Source of the DNA: Chlamydiota bacterium
GTDB taxonomy: Bacteria > Auribacterota > JACPWU01
Length of the DNA: 13,732 nt
Reading direction: 5' to 3'
NCBI GenBank assembly: GCA_016196885.1
Contig: JACPWU010000030.1
Location: forward strand, 1-13,732
Under the pieces are notes generated by a model. That model saw only the letters and a list, made by a program, of their open reading frames with translations. It was not told the DNA's origin and did not search any database. Made by a program: the position numbers and the translations under genes. Positions 13,044-13,732 of this stretch are shown in pieces. Numbering within the stretch: the first letter of the stretch is position 1; each line of letters begins with the position of its first letter.

Positions 13044-13162
13044 AGGCATATGCACTTGACTTTTTGTAGTCGCCCGATTTATCGGGCTATCAACGGATTG
13101 CCCCATGAATGGGGCGACTACACTTCACGGATCAAGGTACTTAAAGTCAAGTGCATGTGCCT
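13044..13162 (+). repeat. Composite palindromic repeat, copy 7 (full element, 119 bp; the cleanest copy)
   Basis: Left IR AGGCATATGCACTTGACT (13044-13061). H1 TGTAGTCGCCCGATTTATCGGGC (13065-13087). Spacer TATCAACGGATT. H2 GCCCCATGAATGGGGCGACTACA (13100-13122). Right IR AGTCAAGTGCATGTGCCT (13145-13162). Confidence 0.9.
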
Positions 13163-13300
13163 TATAAGCAAAACAGGGTTTTCAGAGATTTTAGAACTGG
13201 AAAAATCGGCAAAGGATTCCCTCATTCAGGAATTAAATCCTGATTTCTGGGTATAAAAGCGTAGGGGTATTTTGTGGGTTTAGTTCACGCGGGATTTAGA

Positions 13301-13732
13301 TTATTGTTGACCCTCCCACATGACTTTAAGCAGAAAGATCGTATCTTTTCTCAAATTGGCTTTAGCCCACACCTTCTGTTTTTCATCCAGCAGTTCACCC
13401 ATGCCGGAGAGGATGTGCCTGTCCCCCATTTTTTCCAAAAGGTCGATACATTTCTGCAAAAAATTCTTGAATGACATGCCAACTCTGGTTTCGACAATCC
13501 CTTTGTTGATGGGCCAATTTTTCTCCAAAAAATGCCAAGTGTCATAAATGTCGCGATTCGTTTTACCCATTCGTTCAACCATCGCCACCAGCTTGTGCGC
13601 CACCATGTCCTCCCGTGTCATAACCTTCATGGAAATACCCAGATAGGCCTTCACTTCATACCTTGATCCGAATTCCCTTCGGTTGATTTCCACCTTGATA
13701 TTCTGAGCACCCAGGACTTTATTATCATAGGA
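13301..13732 (-). CDS. AbiEii/AbiGii-family nucleotidyltransferase toxin, C-terminal part (5' end lies beyond the window)
   Basis: The frame stays open to the window edge: ...SYDNKVLGAQNIKVEINRREFGS.... EDMVAHKLVAMVERMGKTNRDIYDTWHFL resembles the conserved AbiEii (type IV TA nucleotidyltransferase) region. The M at 13693 in the track is an internal GTG (Val). Confidence 0.55.
   Translation of the reverse strand, partial: SYDNKVLGAQNIKVEINRREFGSRYEVKAYLGISMKVMTREDMVAHKLVAMVERMGKTNRDIYDTWHFLEKNWPINKGIVETRVGMSFKNFLQKCIDLLEKMGDRHILSGMGELLDEKQKVWAKANLRKDTIFLLKVMWEGQQ

Noticed and set aside
1-13162. The possibility that the recurring 22-23-bp palindromic units form a CRISPR array
   Set aside because: The units are scattered across 13 kb between genes. 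They occur in two sequence types and in both orientations, with irregular spacing and no uniform spacers. This is REP/MITE-like architecture, not CRISPR.
298-13547. All plus-strand ORFs in the track (for example 298-519, 1828-2193, 3913-4257, 6763-7221, 7687-8037, 8788-9123, 12425-12877, 13320-13547), and alternative-frame minus-strand ORFs nested in larger genes (845-1339, 1908-2120, 7227-7487, 8079-8279, 8739-8921, 10852-11061, 13351-13578)
   Set aside because: Each lies entirely within, or antisense to, a long minus-strand gene that has strong family signatures. None has a recognisable motif or a convincing RBS. They are shadow ORFs.

Overview
The window is almost entirely one minus-strand gas vesicle (gvp) gene cluster, about 1495-12977. 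It is flanked by waaA (Kdo transferase, 142-1425) at the low end and by the C-terminal part of an AbiEii-type nucleotidyltransferase toxin gene (13301-13732, runs off the window) at the high end. No plus-strand ORF looks real; they all shadow minus-strand genes or translate repeats. In transcription order the cluster reads: a sigma-54-type promoter, gvpA (canonical 71 aa), two alpha-helical proteins in the gvpC position, gvpN, a small coiled-coil ORF in the gvpV position, an Hsp20/alpha-crystallin protein, a Cdc48/VAT-type double AAA+ ATPase, a GvpF/L protein fused to a DnaJ J-domain with an intact HPD motif, two more GvpF/L paralogues, gvpG, a gvpO-like gene, a GvpA-family (J/M/S-like) gene, a 60-aa ORF, gvpK, a fourth GvpF/L, and a second GvpA-family gene. 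Two things stand out. First, a chaperone/unfoldase block (sHsp, Cdc48-like unfoldase, J-domain-GvpF/L fusion) sits in the middle of the structural gvp genes. Second, a family of composite palindromic REP/BIME- or MITE-like elements occupies seven intergenic gaps and splits the cluster into modules. These elements show arm-to-arm covariation between copies, one copy has a 25-bp extended hairpin, and one copy supplies the gvpK stop codon. Several starts in the ORF track are TTG/GTG extensions; I moved them to ATG codons with Shine-Dalgarno support. All functional calls come from reading motifs by eye. No database search was possible.
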